From positions 360,001-392,000 of the forward strand of contig OY970357.1 in assembly GCA_963718585.1 (NCBI GenBank): a stretch of 32,000 bases of DNA, given 5' to 3'. A program made the position numbers and the translations under genes. This DNA comes from Candidatus Saccharimonadota bacterium (lineage in GTDB: Bacteria; Patescibacteriota; Patescibacteriia; 2-12-FULL-60-25). Below, in pieces: positions 23,850 through 30,391 of the stretch (position 1 is the stretch's first letter; each line of letters begins with the position of its first letter). Under the pieces are notes generated by a model. The model ran no database searches. It saw nothing but the letters and a program-made list of their open reading frames with translations, and had not been told where the DNA came from.

Positions 23850-24400
23850 ACTTGAAACGCTTCCTCCAAAACTTCCTCATATTCGCGTTCACGGGAACGT
23901 TCTTCATCTTATTGACCGTCGGGGTCCTGCGTATCCGGACGCAGAACATCCAAGATGCGATCACGCCAAAGACATCGCCGTCGCCAACGCCTTCCTCTGC
24001 ATCGCCGTCAGCGCCCGCTCCTTCGTCGTTTCAGCCTGTGACGGAGACGCCGGCACAGGTTGCTGCGCCGAGCCAGCCACAGACCAATGCGCCCGCACCT
24101 CCTGCCCCTGCTCCTGCACCCACACCCGCCAAGACCGCGTCCCGAACCGTGACGGGTGACACATATACCATTCCTTGGGGAGACGTGACCGCGGCGATCA
24201 CGGTCCAGAACGGCAAGATCACGGACGTGACCATGCCAGACGTCCCCTACTCGCCACCGAGCCAGTATGCCAAAGACGTCCTCATCAACCAGGCGATCGC
24301 AGCCGGCTCGGCGAACATCCAGGGTGTTTCTGGCGCCACATATACGAGTCTCGCGTTCAAGCGGTCGCTCGAGAGTGCCATTGCAAAGGCAGGGATCTGA
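23846..24400 (+). CDS. Signal-anchored FMN_bind-domain protein (ApbE flavinylation target)
   Basis: ATGA overlap with the upstream gene. N-terminal anchor, Pro/Ala/Ser linker, and a C-terminal domain with IQGVSGATYTS ([ST]GA[ST] flavinylation motif). Confidence 0.75.
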   Translation: MNLKRFLQNFLIFAFTGTFFILLTVGVLRIRTQNIQDAITPKTSPSPTPSSASPSAPAPSSFQPVTETPAQVAAPSQPQTNAPAPPAPAPAPTPAKTASRTVTGDTYTIPWGDVTAAITVQNGKITDVTMPDVPYSPPSQYAKDVLINQAIAAGSANIQGVSGATYTSLAFKRSLESAIAKAGI

Positions 24401-24404
24401 TCAT

Positions 24405-25301
24405 ATGGAGAATGTCCGACACCATGTCTTTGAATGCATGGGCATTTCCATTCACGCGACCCTGACGGGGATCCGCGATGGAGTGGATGAGGATCTTCAT
24501 GCGCTGGAGCACGTGTTCCATACATGGGATGCGCGTTTCACCCGTTTTCGTACGGATTCCGAGTTGATGCGGTTGAATGCAGCTGCGGGCGAACGAACCG
24601 TGGTCTCCCCGGAATTATTCGATGTCATCGAAAAATGCGTCCTGCTTGCTCGCGAGACGGACGGCGTCTTTGATCCAAGCGTCGGCGGACGATTGGCCGC
24701 TCATGGGTACGGCTTGCCGGTCGGTCACGTCCTTCCGATCCCTGCACCGGATTTCCGGTCCATCCGTCTAGATCGCGCGGCTCGTGCGATCGCCTGTGCG
24801 CCCGGCCAGGTCCTTGAACCCGCGTCCATCGTGAAGGGCATGGCGATCGACGCGGCCGGACGCGAGATCACACATGCGGATGGGTGGATGATCAATGCGG
24901 GTGGCGACATCCTGACGCGCGGCGCGTACGCCGGTGCGTCGTGGCGTGTCGGGATCCAATCCCCGACCGATCCGAATGCGATCATCGCCGCCGTCGATGT
25001 CCAGGATGGTGCGGTCGCGACCTCCGGCATCTATGCGGTCCGCGACGCGGACGGATGGAATCATCTCGTGGATATGACGACCGGGGAAAGCGTTTCCGAT
25101 CTCGTCAGCGTCACGGTACTCGCGAATGACGCAGAGACCGCAGATACCCACGCGACCATCGCCTGTCTGCTCGGTCGTGGACGCGCCGCGGCGTACCTCG
25201 AACGCCATGCGCTCCCCTATCTCCTCGTAGAAGCGGACGGACGTCTCACAAAAGACCGTGCATTCGCTGCGCGAGAAATCGAACTCTCCCCAATCCTATG
25301 A
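24405..25301 (+). CDS. apbE: FAD:protein FMN transferase ApbE
   Basis: Start moved to ATG 24405 (MENVRHHVFECMG). Blocks DGVFDPSVGG, IVKGMAIDAAG, MINAGGDI and VATSGIY. No N-terminal signal or lipobox. Confidence 0.85.
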   Translation: MENVRHHVFECMGISIHATLTGIRDGVDEDLHALEHVFHTWDARFTRFRTDSELMRLNAAAGERTVVSPELFDVIEKCVLLARETDGVFDPSVGGRLAAHGYGLPVGHVLPIPAPDFRSIRLDRAARAIACAPGQVLEPASIVKGMAIDAAGREITHADGWMINAGGDILTRGAYAGASWRVGIQSPTDPNAIIAAVDVQDGAVATSGIYAVRDADGWNHLVDMTTGESVSDLVSVTVLANDAETADTHATIACLLGRGRAAAYLERHALPYLLVEADGRLTKDRAFAAREIELSPIL

Positions 25302-25531
25302 CCCTCATCCTCGGCAATGACCTCGTGTGGTGGACCGGCATGATCTCCGGCCTCTTCTTCGGACTGTTGATGATCACGGTGGTCGTCAAGCAGTACAACT
25401 GGAAGATCTTCATGAAATACCAGGTCCCGCTCACCCCGCTCCACCACTGGTTCGGCTGGATCGCGTGTGGCGGTCTGGCGATCCATGTCCTGTTGGCGAT
25501 CCTGCAGTTCAATTTCCATGTCTATTTTTGA
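25298..25531 (+). CDS. 77-aa two-helix membrane protein with a His pair
   Basis: ATGA overlap with apbE. Helix 2 reads PLHHWFGWIACGGLAIHVLLAIL. It overlaps the next gene by 14 nt. Confidence 0.55.
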   Translation: MTLILGNDLVWWTGMISGLFFGLLMITVVVKQYNWKIFMKYQVPLTPLHHWFGWIACGGLAIHVLLAILQFNFHVYF

Positions 25532-26237
25532 TCAATGGCAGGAACGGCTTGAGGCGCAGAATGCCGAGATGACCATCGTCCGATCCACACGGATCGGGTC
25601 GCATGTGCAGGATGTCACGCTTCGGCTTCCCCGGGGCATGAAATGGGAATTCGCGATCGGGTCGTACATCCAACCCATGATCGGTGGATGCATCCCGCGG
25701 TGTTATTCGGTCGCGGATTATGATGCGACGTCCTGTCGCCTCATCGTGAGCTTCAGCCGCCATGGTGTCGGATCACGTTTCTTCGCGGAAGCACCTGTCG
25801 GCACGAAGGTCCGCGTGTATGGACCGTTCGATGATTTTCCTTTTGTCTACGATACGCATCGACCGAAGATGTTCTTTGCGACCGGGACCGGCGTCGCCCC
25901 GTTCCTTCTCATGGTGCAAGAGGCGATCAAAGAGCATGAGCCCTGTATGCTCCTCCTTGGTTCGCCGGAAGAACATGATCTTTGTTTCAATGATGAATTT
26001 TCGCAACTTGCGACGGTGCACGAGCACTTCCACTACGTCCCGGTCTTGTCTCATCCAGATGACTCGTGGAAAGGCGAACATGGATACATCACGACCGTCG
26101 CATCAAAGCATCCGGATCTCCTCCGGAAGAGCGACATCTACGTGTGCGGTGTTCCGCCCATGGTCGAAGGCGTCCAACGGATGATCGATCAGTACGCGGT
26201 TCCAAAGGATCAGTTATTCATCCAAAAATTCGGCTGA
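25518..26237 (+). CDS. FNR-family FAD/NAD(P)H oxidoreductase
   Basis: Start moved to ATG 25518 (MSIFDQWQERL). RCYSVA (RxYS FAD motif), FFATGTGVAPF (NAD(P)H motif) and a YVCGVPPM C-terminal block. Confidence 0.8.
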   Translation: MSIFDQWQERLEAQNAEMTIVRSTRIGSHVQDVTLRLPRGMKWEFAIGSYIQPMIGGCIPRCYSVADYDATSCRLIVSFSRHGVGSRFFAEAPVGTKVRVYGPFDDFPFVYDTHRPKMFFATGTGVAPFLLMVQEAIKEHEPCMLLLGSPEEHDLCFNDEFSQLATVHEHFHYVPVLSHPDDSWKGEHGYITTVASKHPDLLRKSDIYVCGVPPMVEGVQRMIDQYAVPKDQLFIQKFG

Positions 26238-26243
26238 CGCGGT

Positions 26244-27023
26244 TCAAACGTCCGGGAGGATCATCCATTCCGGTTTGCCGACGAGTTTCCCATCCGCGTG
26301 CGTGAACAAGCGGTATTTGCCGATCCCCGTGGTCGATCCGGCGTTGTAGACGCGGAGATCGCGCTCGCCATGCGTAATGTGTTCGAGCGGCCGATGCCGA
26401 TGTCCGTGGAGGACCACGTCGCAGCGTCCCAGTAACGTGCCGAGCAGCGCGGGTCCGGCCTTCAGCTCCTCTGCGAATGGAAGTCGGAGCAATGTCGAGA
26501 TCCGTTCCGAGAGATAGTCTTCTTCCTGTGGATAGAGATGGTGATGCAATCCGACGACGACGAGCTCGCCGTCGCGAGCGTCTGCCGCCAACGTGGCGAT
26601 CTTTTCGTTCATCCCGCTCGACAGGCGACCTTGACCGGGAATGACGAACCGATTGTATGTCGCAGTCGTGTCGATCCGGATGAGGTACACGCCATCGAAG
26701 CGCGTGACTTCGACAGGTCCGTCCATCAAGCGGTTCCCGATGTCGTCCGTGCAGCGATCGTGATTGCCGGGGAGCACAGTGAGGCGGTCCGCATCGATGA
26801 GTGGTGCGAAGATCCGTCGGAATTCGGCGTACTCCGCTTCCTTCCCGTGGTCCGTGATATCGCCCGTGACGATGACAAGGTCCGTCCCATTAGAACCGAG
26901 ATGCTGCGCGAGCGCTTCGGAGACACTCGTCGTCCGTTCATCCTGTCCGATGTGGAGATCAGAAAGATGCGCGATGGTCCGTCGCGTTGAAGAAGATCGG
27001 TTATCTGATCGGTCTTCGGACAT
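26244..27023 (-). CDS. Calcineurin-like metallophosphoesterase
   Basis: Start moved to ATG 27023 (MSEDRSDN). Motifs: IAHLSDLHIG, VIVTGDITDHG, LPGNHD, GLHHH and LHGHRH. Confidence 0.8.
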   Translation of the reverse strand: MSEDRSDNRSSSTRRTIAHLSDLHIGQDERTTSVSEALAQHLGSNGTDLVIVTGDITDHGKEAEYAEFRRIFAPLIDADRLTVLPGNHDRCTDDIGNRLMDGPVEVTRFDGVYLIRIDTTATYNRFVIPGQGRLSSGMNEKIATLAADARDGELVVVGLHHHLYPQEEDYLSERISTLLRLPFAEELKAGPALLGTLLGRCDVVLHGHRHRPLEHITHGERDLRVYNAGSTTGIGKYRLFTHADGKLVGKPEWMILPDV

Positions 27024-27051
27024 ACGTGTCGATGCGTCAATGCCGACCTTC

Positions 27052-27080
27052 GTTATATGCCGTTTTTGCCTAAATGGCAA
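27052..27080 (-). promoter_or_regulatory. Candidate promoter of the metallophosphoesterase gene
   Basis: Minus strand reads TTGCCA-17 nt-TATAAC. Confidence 0.45.
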
Positions 27081-27110
27081 TGATCTCCTCTGTCGGCGTC
27101 GGTTCCGGCT

Positions 27111-27119
27111 TGGTATGAT
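27111..27119 (+). promoter_or_regulatory. Extended -10 box of greA
   Basis: TGGTATGAT ends 9 nt before ATG 27129, with no SD and no good -35. Confidence 0.5.
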
Positions 27120-27128
27120 TTGGTGCAT

Positions 27129-27632
27129 ATGCAACTCCCCAAGCGTCGTCATCAGACCTTGAAGATCCACGAGGATGAAGGACCGGAGCTCCTGACCGCG
27201 GGAGCGATCGAGCGGATGCATCGGTCCCTTGCCGATCTCAAAGCGGTTCAGCGTCCGCAGGCGGTGACAGACCTCTCAGAAGCGCGGGCAAAGGGGGATC
27301 TCTCAGAGAATGCGGAGTATCAGGAAGCAAAGGGACGCTTGTCGCGTATTGACGGCCGGATCTTTTCTCTCACGGAGCGGTTAAAGCGCGCGGTCGTGAT
27401 CGAACGCTCGACCGGTGGTGAGATCAGATTGGGGTCGTGCGTCATCGTCGAGGTGAATGGGAAACAAAAGACCTATGACATCGTCGGACCACGTGAGGCA
27501 GATCCGTCTCGCGGACGGATCTCTCATGTCTCCCCCCTCGGGGAGGCGCTGACCGGGCACGTGGCCGGTGACACGGTCACGTTCGACGCACCCAGTGGTC
27601 CGGTCACGTATCGGGTTGTGGGTGTCGAGTGA
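27129..27632 (+). CDS. greA: Transcription elongation factor GreA
   Basis: Start moved to ATG 27129. Signature GDLSENAEYQEAK, coiled-coil N-terminal domain, and an FKBP-like C-terminal domain ending VTYRVVGVE. Confidence 0.9.
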   Translation: MQLPKRRHQTLKIHEDEGPELLTAGAIERMHRSLADLKAVQRPQAVTDLSEARAKGDLSENAEYQEAKGRLSRIDGRIFSLTERLKRAVVIERSTGGEIRLGSCVIVEVNGKQKTYDIVGPREADPSRGRISHVSPLGEALTGHVAGDTVTFDAPSGPVTYRVVGVE

Positions 27633-27743
27633 CGCGTGAGGGTGTTGATGATGTGATCGAACAGAGACGATGTCCTTCGATCCTCCTCTTCGAAGGTCCT
27701 CGCTTCCGGAATCCTTCTTTTGTACTCGTGATACGATAGACGT

Positions 27744-28451
27744 ATGAGTACCCGTTCGCTTGTCATCGTCCTCGCCGCGGTCGTCCTCGCCGGTGCGCTT
27801 GCATACGTCTTCATGCCGCATTCCGCATTACCGGATCTACAGATCGCCTCATCGAACGGTCTGCGGATCACAGGCGTAGACTCGACCGAGATCCCCACAT
27901 CGACCCTGCAGGCGACATCGACGGATCCAACCGTGTCTCCGTCGGAAGATCCGGGTATCTCTGTTCCGGTGTCTGATGCCCGTTCGCGGGTGACGAAAAA
28001 GCCGTTTGGGATCTACATCACACCCAAGACCTCCCCGGTCCGACCAGAACGGTTCACGGGGTATCACACAGGTGCGGATCTTGAGACGACCCCGGCAGAA
28101 GCGGACATCGACGTTCCGGTCCACGCGATCTGCGATGGAGAGCTGCTCGTGAAACGGACCGCATCCGGATACGGAGGTGTGGCCGTTGAATCCTGCACGA
28201 TCAATGGGCAAGCCATGACCGTGGTCTACGGGCATCTTCGTCTCTCAAGTATCACGCCGAAGGTCGGTGAACCGCTCATGCATGGGGAAAAGTTTGCGGT
28301 CTTAGGAAAGGGGTATTCATCCGAAACAGATGGCGAGCGAAAACATCTCCATCTCGCCATCCACAAAGGGACGGCCGTGAACATCCTTGGCTATGTTCAG
28401 CGCAAGGCAGATCTCGCGCAATGGATCGATCCGTTGACGGTCCTCCCCTGA
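27744..28451 (+). CDS. M23-family (LytM-type) metallopeptidase, signal-anchored
   Basis: YHTGADL (HxxxD) and HLHLAIH (HxH). N-terminal TM helix. TGATACGAT sits 6 nt upstream of the ATG. Confidence 0.85.
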   Translation: MSTRSLVIVLAAVVLAGALAYVFMPHSALPDLQIASSNGLRITGVDSTEIPTSTLQATSTDPTVSPSEDPGISVPVSDARSRVTKKPFGIYITPKTSPVRPERFTGYHTGADLETTPAEADIDVPVHAICDGELLVKRTASGYGGVAVESCTINGQAMTVVYGHLRLSSITPKVGEPLMHGEKFAVLGKGYSSETDGERKHLHLAIHKGTAVNILGYVQRKADLAQWIDPLTVLP

Positions 28452-28485
28452 CCCGCGCATTTCTGCGATCTTTGGTATGATGGTC

Positions 28486-28515
28486 TTGACCTTCATTTTT
28501 TAAATCAAATATAAA
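28486..28515 (+). promoter_or_regulatory. Promoter of the 28526 gene
   Basis: TTGACC-18 nt-TATAAA, with the ATG 10 nt after the -10. A second TGGTATGAT box lies at 28473-28481. Confidence 0.55.
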
Positions 28516-28525
28516 CAAAGATCTT

Positions 28526-28960
28526 ATGGACATGCATAAACAGACCCTGCGCGAGATCTCAAAATTCGCGTCTGGACTCATCCTGGGTGACCTCCTCGTA
28601 TGGGTCTGGTTGTATACGGCGCAGCTGCTCCCAATACGCTTTCTAGGTTTCGTCATCACACCCGACGTCGCGCCATGGGGCATCGCGTTCGATCTGCTGC
28701 TTTTTGCACTTCTGATCCATTATGGATGGAACGCCGAGGTACATAAACCGAACATCGCACAGAAGAACTTCTTCGTCGTCATCGGGATCATCATGACGAT
28801 CGTCTCGGTGATGCATGCGTTTCGACTCCTTGCGGGCTGGCCGGTAGAGATCGGGAGCCTCGCCATCCCCTACTGGATCAGCTGGGTCGGGGTCATTGCT
28901 GCGGCCTATCTCGCCTATGCGAGTTTCACGTTCGCGGGCGGCGGTGGACGTAAGCGGTAA
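28526..28960 (+). CDS. Four-helix membrane protein (144 aa), unknown function
   Basis: Hydrophobic ORF with its own promoter and terminator. Confidence 0.5.
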   Translation: MDMHKQTLREISKFASGLILGDLLVWVWLYTAQLLPIRFLGFVITPDVAPWGIAFDLLLFALLIHYGWNAEVHKPNIAQKNFFVVIGIIMTIVSVMHAFRLLAGWPVEIGSLAIPYWISWVGVIAAAYLAYASFTFAGGGGRKR

Positions 28961-28965
28961 CGATC

Positions 28966-28993
28966 AGACGGGGCCATGTGCCCCGTCTTTTTA
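28966..28993 (+). terminator. Intrinsic terminator
   Basis: AGACGGGGC (28966-28974) pairs with GCCCCGTCT (28980-28988), followed by TTTT. It overlaps the DedA stop codon. Confidence 0.8.
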
Positions 28994-29599
28994 TGGCTGT
29001 TCCTGTCGAACGATCGCCCAGCGTCGAAAGGTGAAGGCCGTGATCAAGAGGAGGATGAGGATGAAGACGAGCCCGGAGATACCGAAAAGATTGACGAGGA
29101 ACTCCCATGTCTCACCAAAGATGGACCCGCCGAAGTAGTTCAAGGCGACTTCTCCGCTCTCACCCACGATGACAGCGAGGGCAAAGGTCCGGAATGGCAT
29201 ACGCGAGATCCCGGCCATGACATTGACGTACGGCGAGACGGTCGTGGCGAATCGGCTGATGAAGACCGTGCTGATCGGATGTGTCACGATCCCGGTCTCG
29301 GCGCGGCGGAAGAGACGCGTCTTCATGAGCCGGCCAAAGCCGACTTTCGTTAAGATGGTCGTTCCATACCGTCGGGCGAGAAAGAAACCAACACAATCAC
29401 CGATGATGTAGCCGCTCAACCCGGCCACGGTGACAAGCGTGGGATCCAGATATCCCTGCGACGCGAGGGCGAACGACGCGAGGAGTGTTGCGCCGGATGG
29501 GATCGGGAGGGCAAGCGCACCTAAGAAGGTGAAACCAAAGATCGCGACGTATTTGTATAGCAGGATAAGGGCCAAAAAGGGGCTCAGGAGCGTATCCAT
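28991..29599 (-). CDS. DedA/VTT-domain membrane protein
   Basis: 202 aa with typical DedA blocks (FLGALALPIPSG, GYIIGDCVGFFLARRYG, SRF.....PYVNV.AGISRM). Confidence 0.8.
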   Translation of the reverse strand: MDTLLSPFLALILLYKYVAIFGFTFLGALALPIPSGATLLASFALASQGYLDPTLVTVAGLSGYIIGDCVGFFLARRYGTTILTKVGFGRLMKTRLFRRAETGIVTHPISTVFISRFATTVSPYVNVMAGISRMPFRTFALAVIVGESGEVALNYFGGSIFGETWEFLVNLFGISGLVFILILLLITAFTFRRWAIVRQEQP

Positions 29600-29714
29600 G
29601 GATCTACAGAAGGCGTGTACGTGAATAAGACCTCAATAAAAGTCTGGAGAGCGGGTCTGTGGATCCGCCATTATTCACCGTAAAAGCATACCGTATCTGC
29701 GACCGGTACGCATA

Positions 29715-29750
29715 TGAAAGACCCGCCTTCCGCTGGCTGGCGGAGGCGGG
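29715..29750 (-). terminator. Intrinsic terminator of the Cys-rich gene pair
   Basis: CCCGCCTCCGC pairs with GCGGAAGGCGGG (one bulge) on the minus strand, followed by TCTTTC. Confidence 0.65.
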
Positions 29751-29756
29751 TGTAGT

Positions 29757-29993
29757 TCAGGCGGCATTCGAGAGCTCGACATCGAGGCACGCTGCTCGTT
29801 CCTCCTCTTCTACTGGAGGGTCCGGAGGGGTGCACATCGGAAAGATGTGACGTTTTAGAACAAGGAGCCTTCGGAGGTCTGTCACCATGACGTGTCCTTC
29901 GTAGAACTCGCCAGGCTGGATGTATCGGCAGCACGTGTCGCACCAATGCACGGCCATGGCGACGCGCTGGTAGGTGCGAAGCGTTTGGATCAC
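29757..29993 (-). CDS. 78-aa Cys/His-containing protein with acidic tail
   Basis: Proposed GTG start 29993 overlaps the upstream stop (GTGA), with GGGGAG 6 nt upstream. Contains HWCDTCC...H...HIFPMC and ends PPVEEEERAACLDVE. Confidence 0.4.
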   Translation of the reverse strand: MIQTLRTYQRVAMAVHWCDTCCRYIQPGEFYEGHVMVTDLRRLLVLKRHIFPMCTPPDPPVEEEERAACLDVELSNAA

Positions 29994-30280
29994 GGCGTAC
30001 TCCCCGTGGTAACAGGGACCTGGACCCAATGCACATTTTCACACTCTTCGCATACCAATGGCTCGACGCCAAGCGTCTCTGGATCCGGATCGAGTGGGAC
30101 ATCCGGTCCGAAGACCGTGTGCTGATCCTGTTTCGTTTCGCAGGAGCGACACTGGTAGATCCGATGCGGAAAGACGTCTTCACTCGCACAAACGGGACAC
30201 CGGTGTTCTGCCGAGGTCCGGAACGTCGTCTCGTGACCGATCTTTTGACAGCAATAGCATTTCCAATGCGTCACCTCCAT
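29990..30280 (-). CDS. 96-aa double zinc-ribbon-like protein
   Basis: Start moved to ATG 30280, 5 nt after AAAGGAGG. Four CxxC motifs (CYCC, CPVC, CRSC, CEEC). Confidence 0.55.
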   Translation of the reverse strand: MEVTHWKCYCCQKIGHETTFRTSAEHRCPVCASEDVFPHRIYQCRSCETKQDQHTVFGPDVPLDPDPETLGVEPLVCEECENVHWVQVPVTTGSTP

Positions 30281-30345
30281 GCGCTCCTCCTTTCGTTCAA
30301 GGTTCAATGGTCATGTTATCCCCTTTTCGTGCGCGAGGGTCAAGA

Positions 30346-30381
30346 AACAAAAAAACCGCTCCATGCGGAGCGATTTTTTTT
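30346..30381. terminator. Bidirectional terminator
   Basis: An A-rich run (caaaaaaa), then CGCTCC (30357-30362), loop atgc, GGAGCG (30367-30372), a, then T8. Confidence 0.8.
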
Positions 30382-30391
30382 GTGCAAAAGC

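Noticed and set aside
9737-27221. N-terminal extensions in the ORF track for many genes (EamA-like, beta-CASP, FecR-like, cupredoxin, phosphatase, AlkD-like, rhodanese, ApbE, FNR-like, metallophosphoesterase, greA).
   Set aside because: The extensions are Arg/Pro/Gly-rich, overlap the upstream gene, and often begin at non-ATG codons. Internal ATGs coincide with conserved family N-termini, signal peptides, RBSs or 4-nt overlaps.
29957-30029. Alternative explanations for the two overlapping Cys-rich ORFs: a TTG start at 30029 (40-nt overlap), an ATG start at 29957, or a frameshifted single gene.
   Set aside because: TTG 30029 and ATG 29957 lack any SD. The GTG at 29993 has GGGGAG upstream and reproduces the 4-nt overlap rule seen seven other times. 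A frameshift or assembly error cannot be excluded without orthologs, so confidence in the second ORF is kept low.
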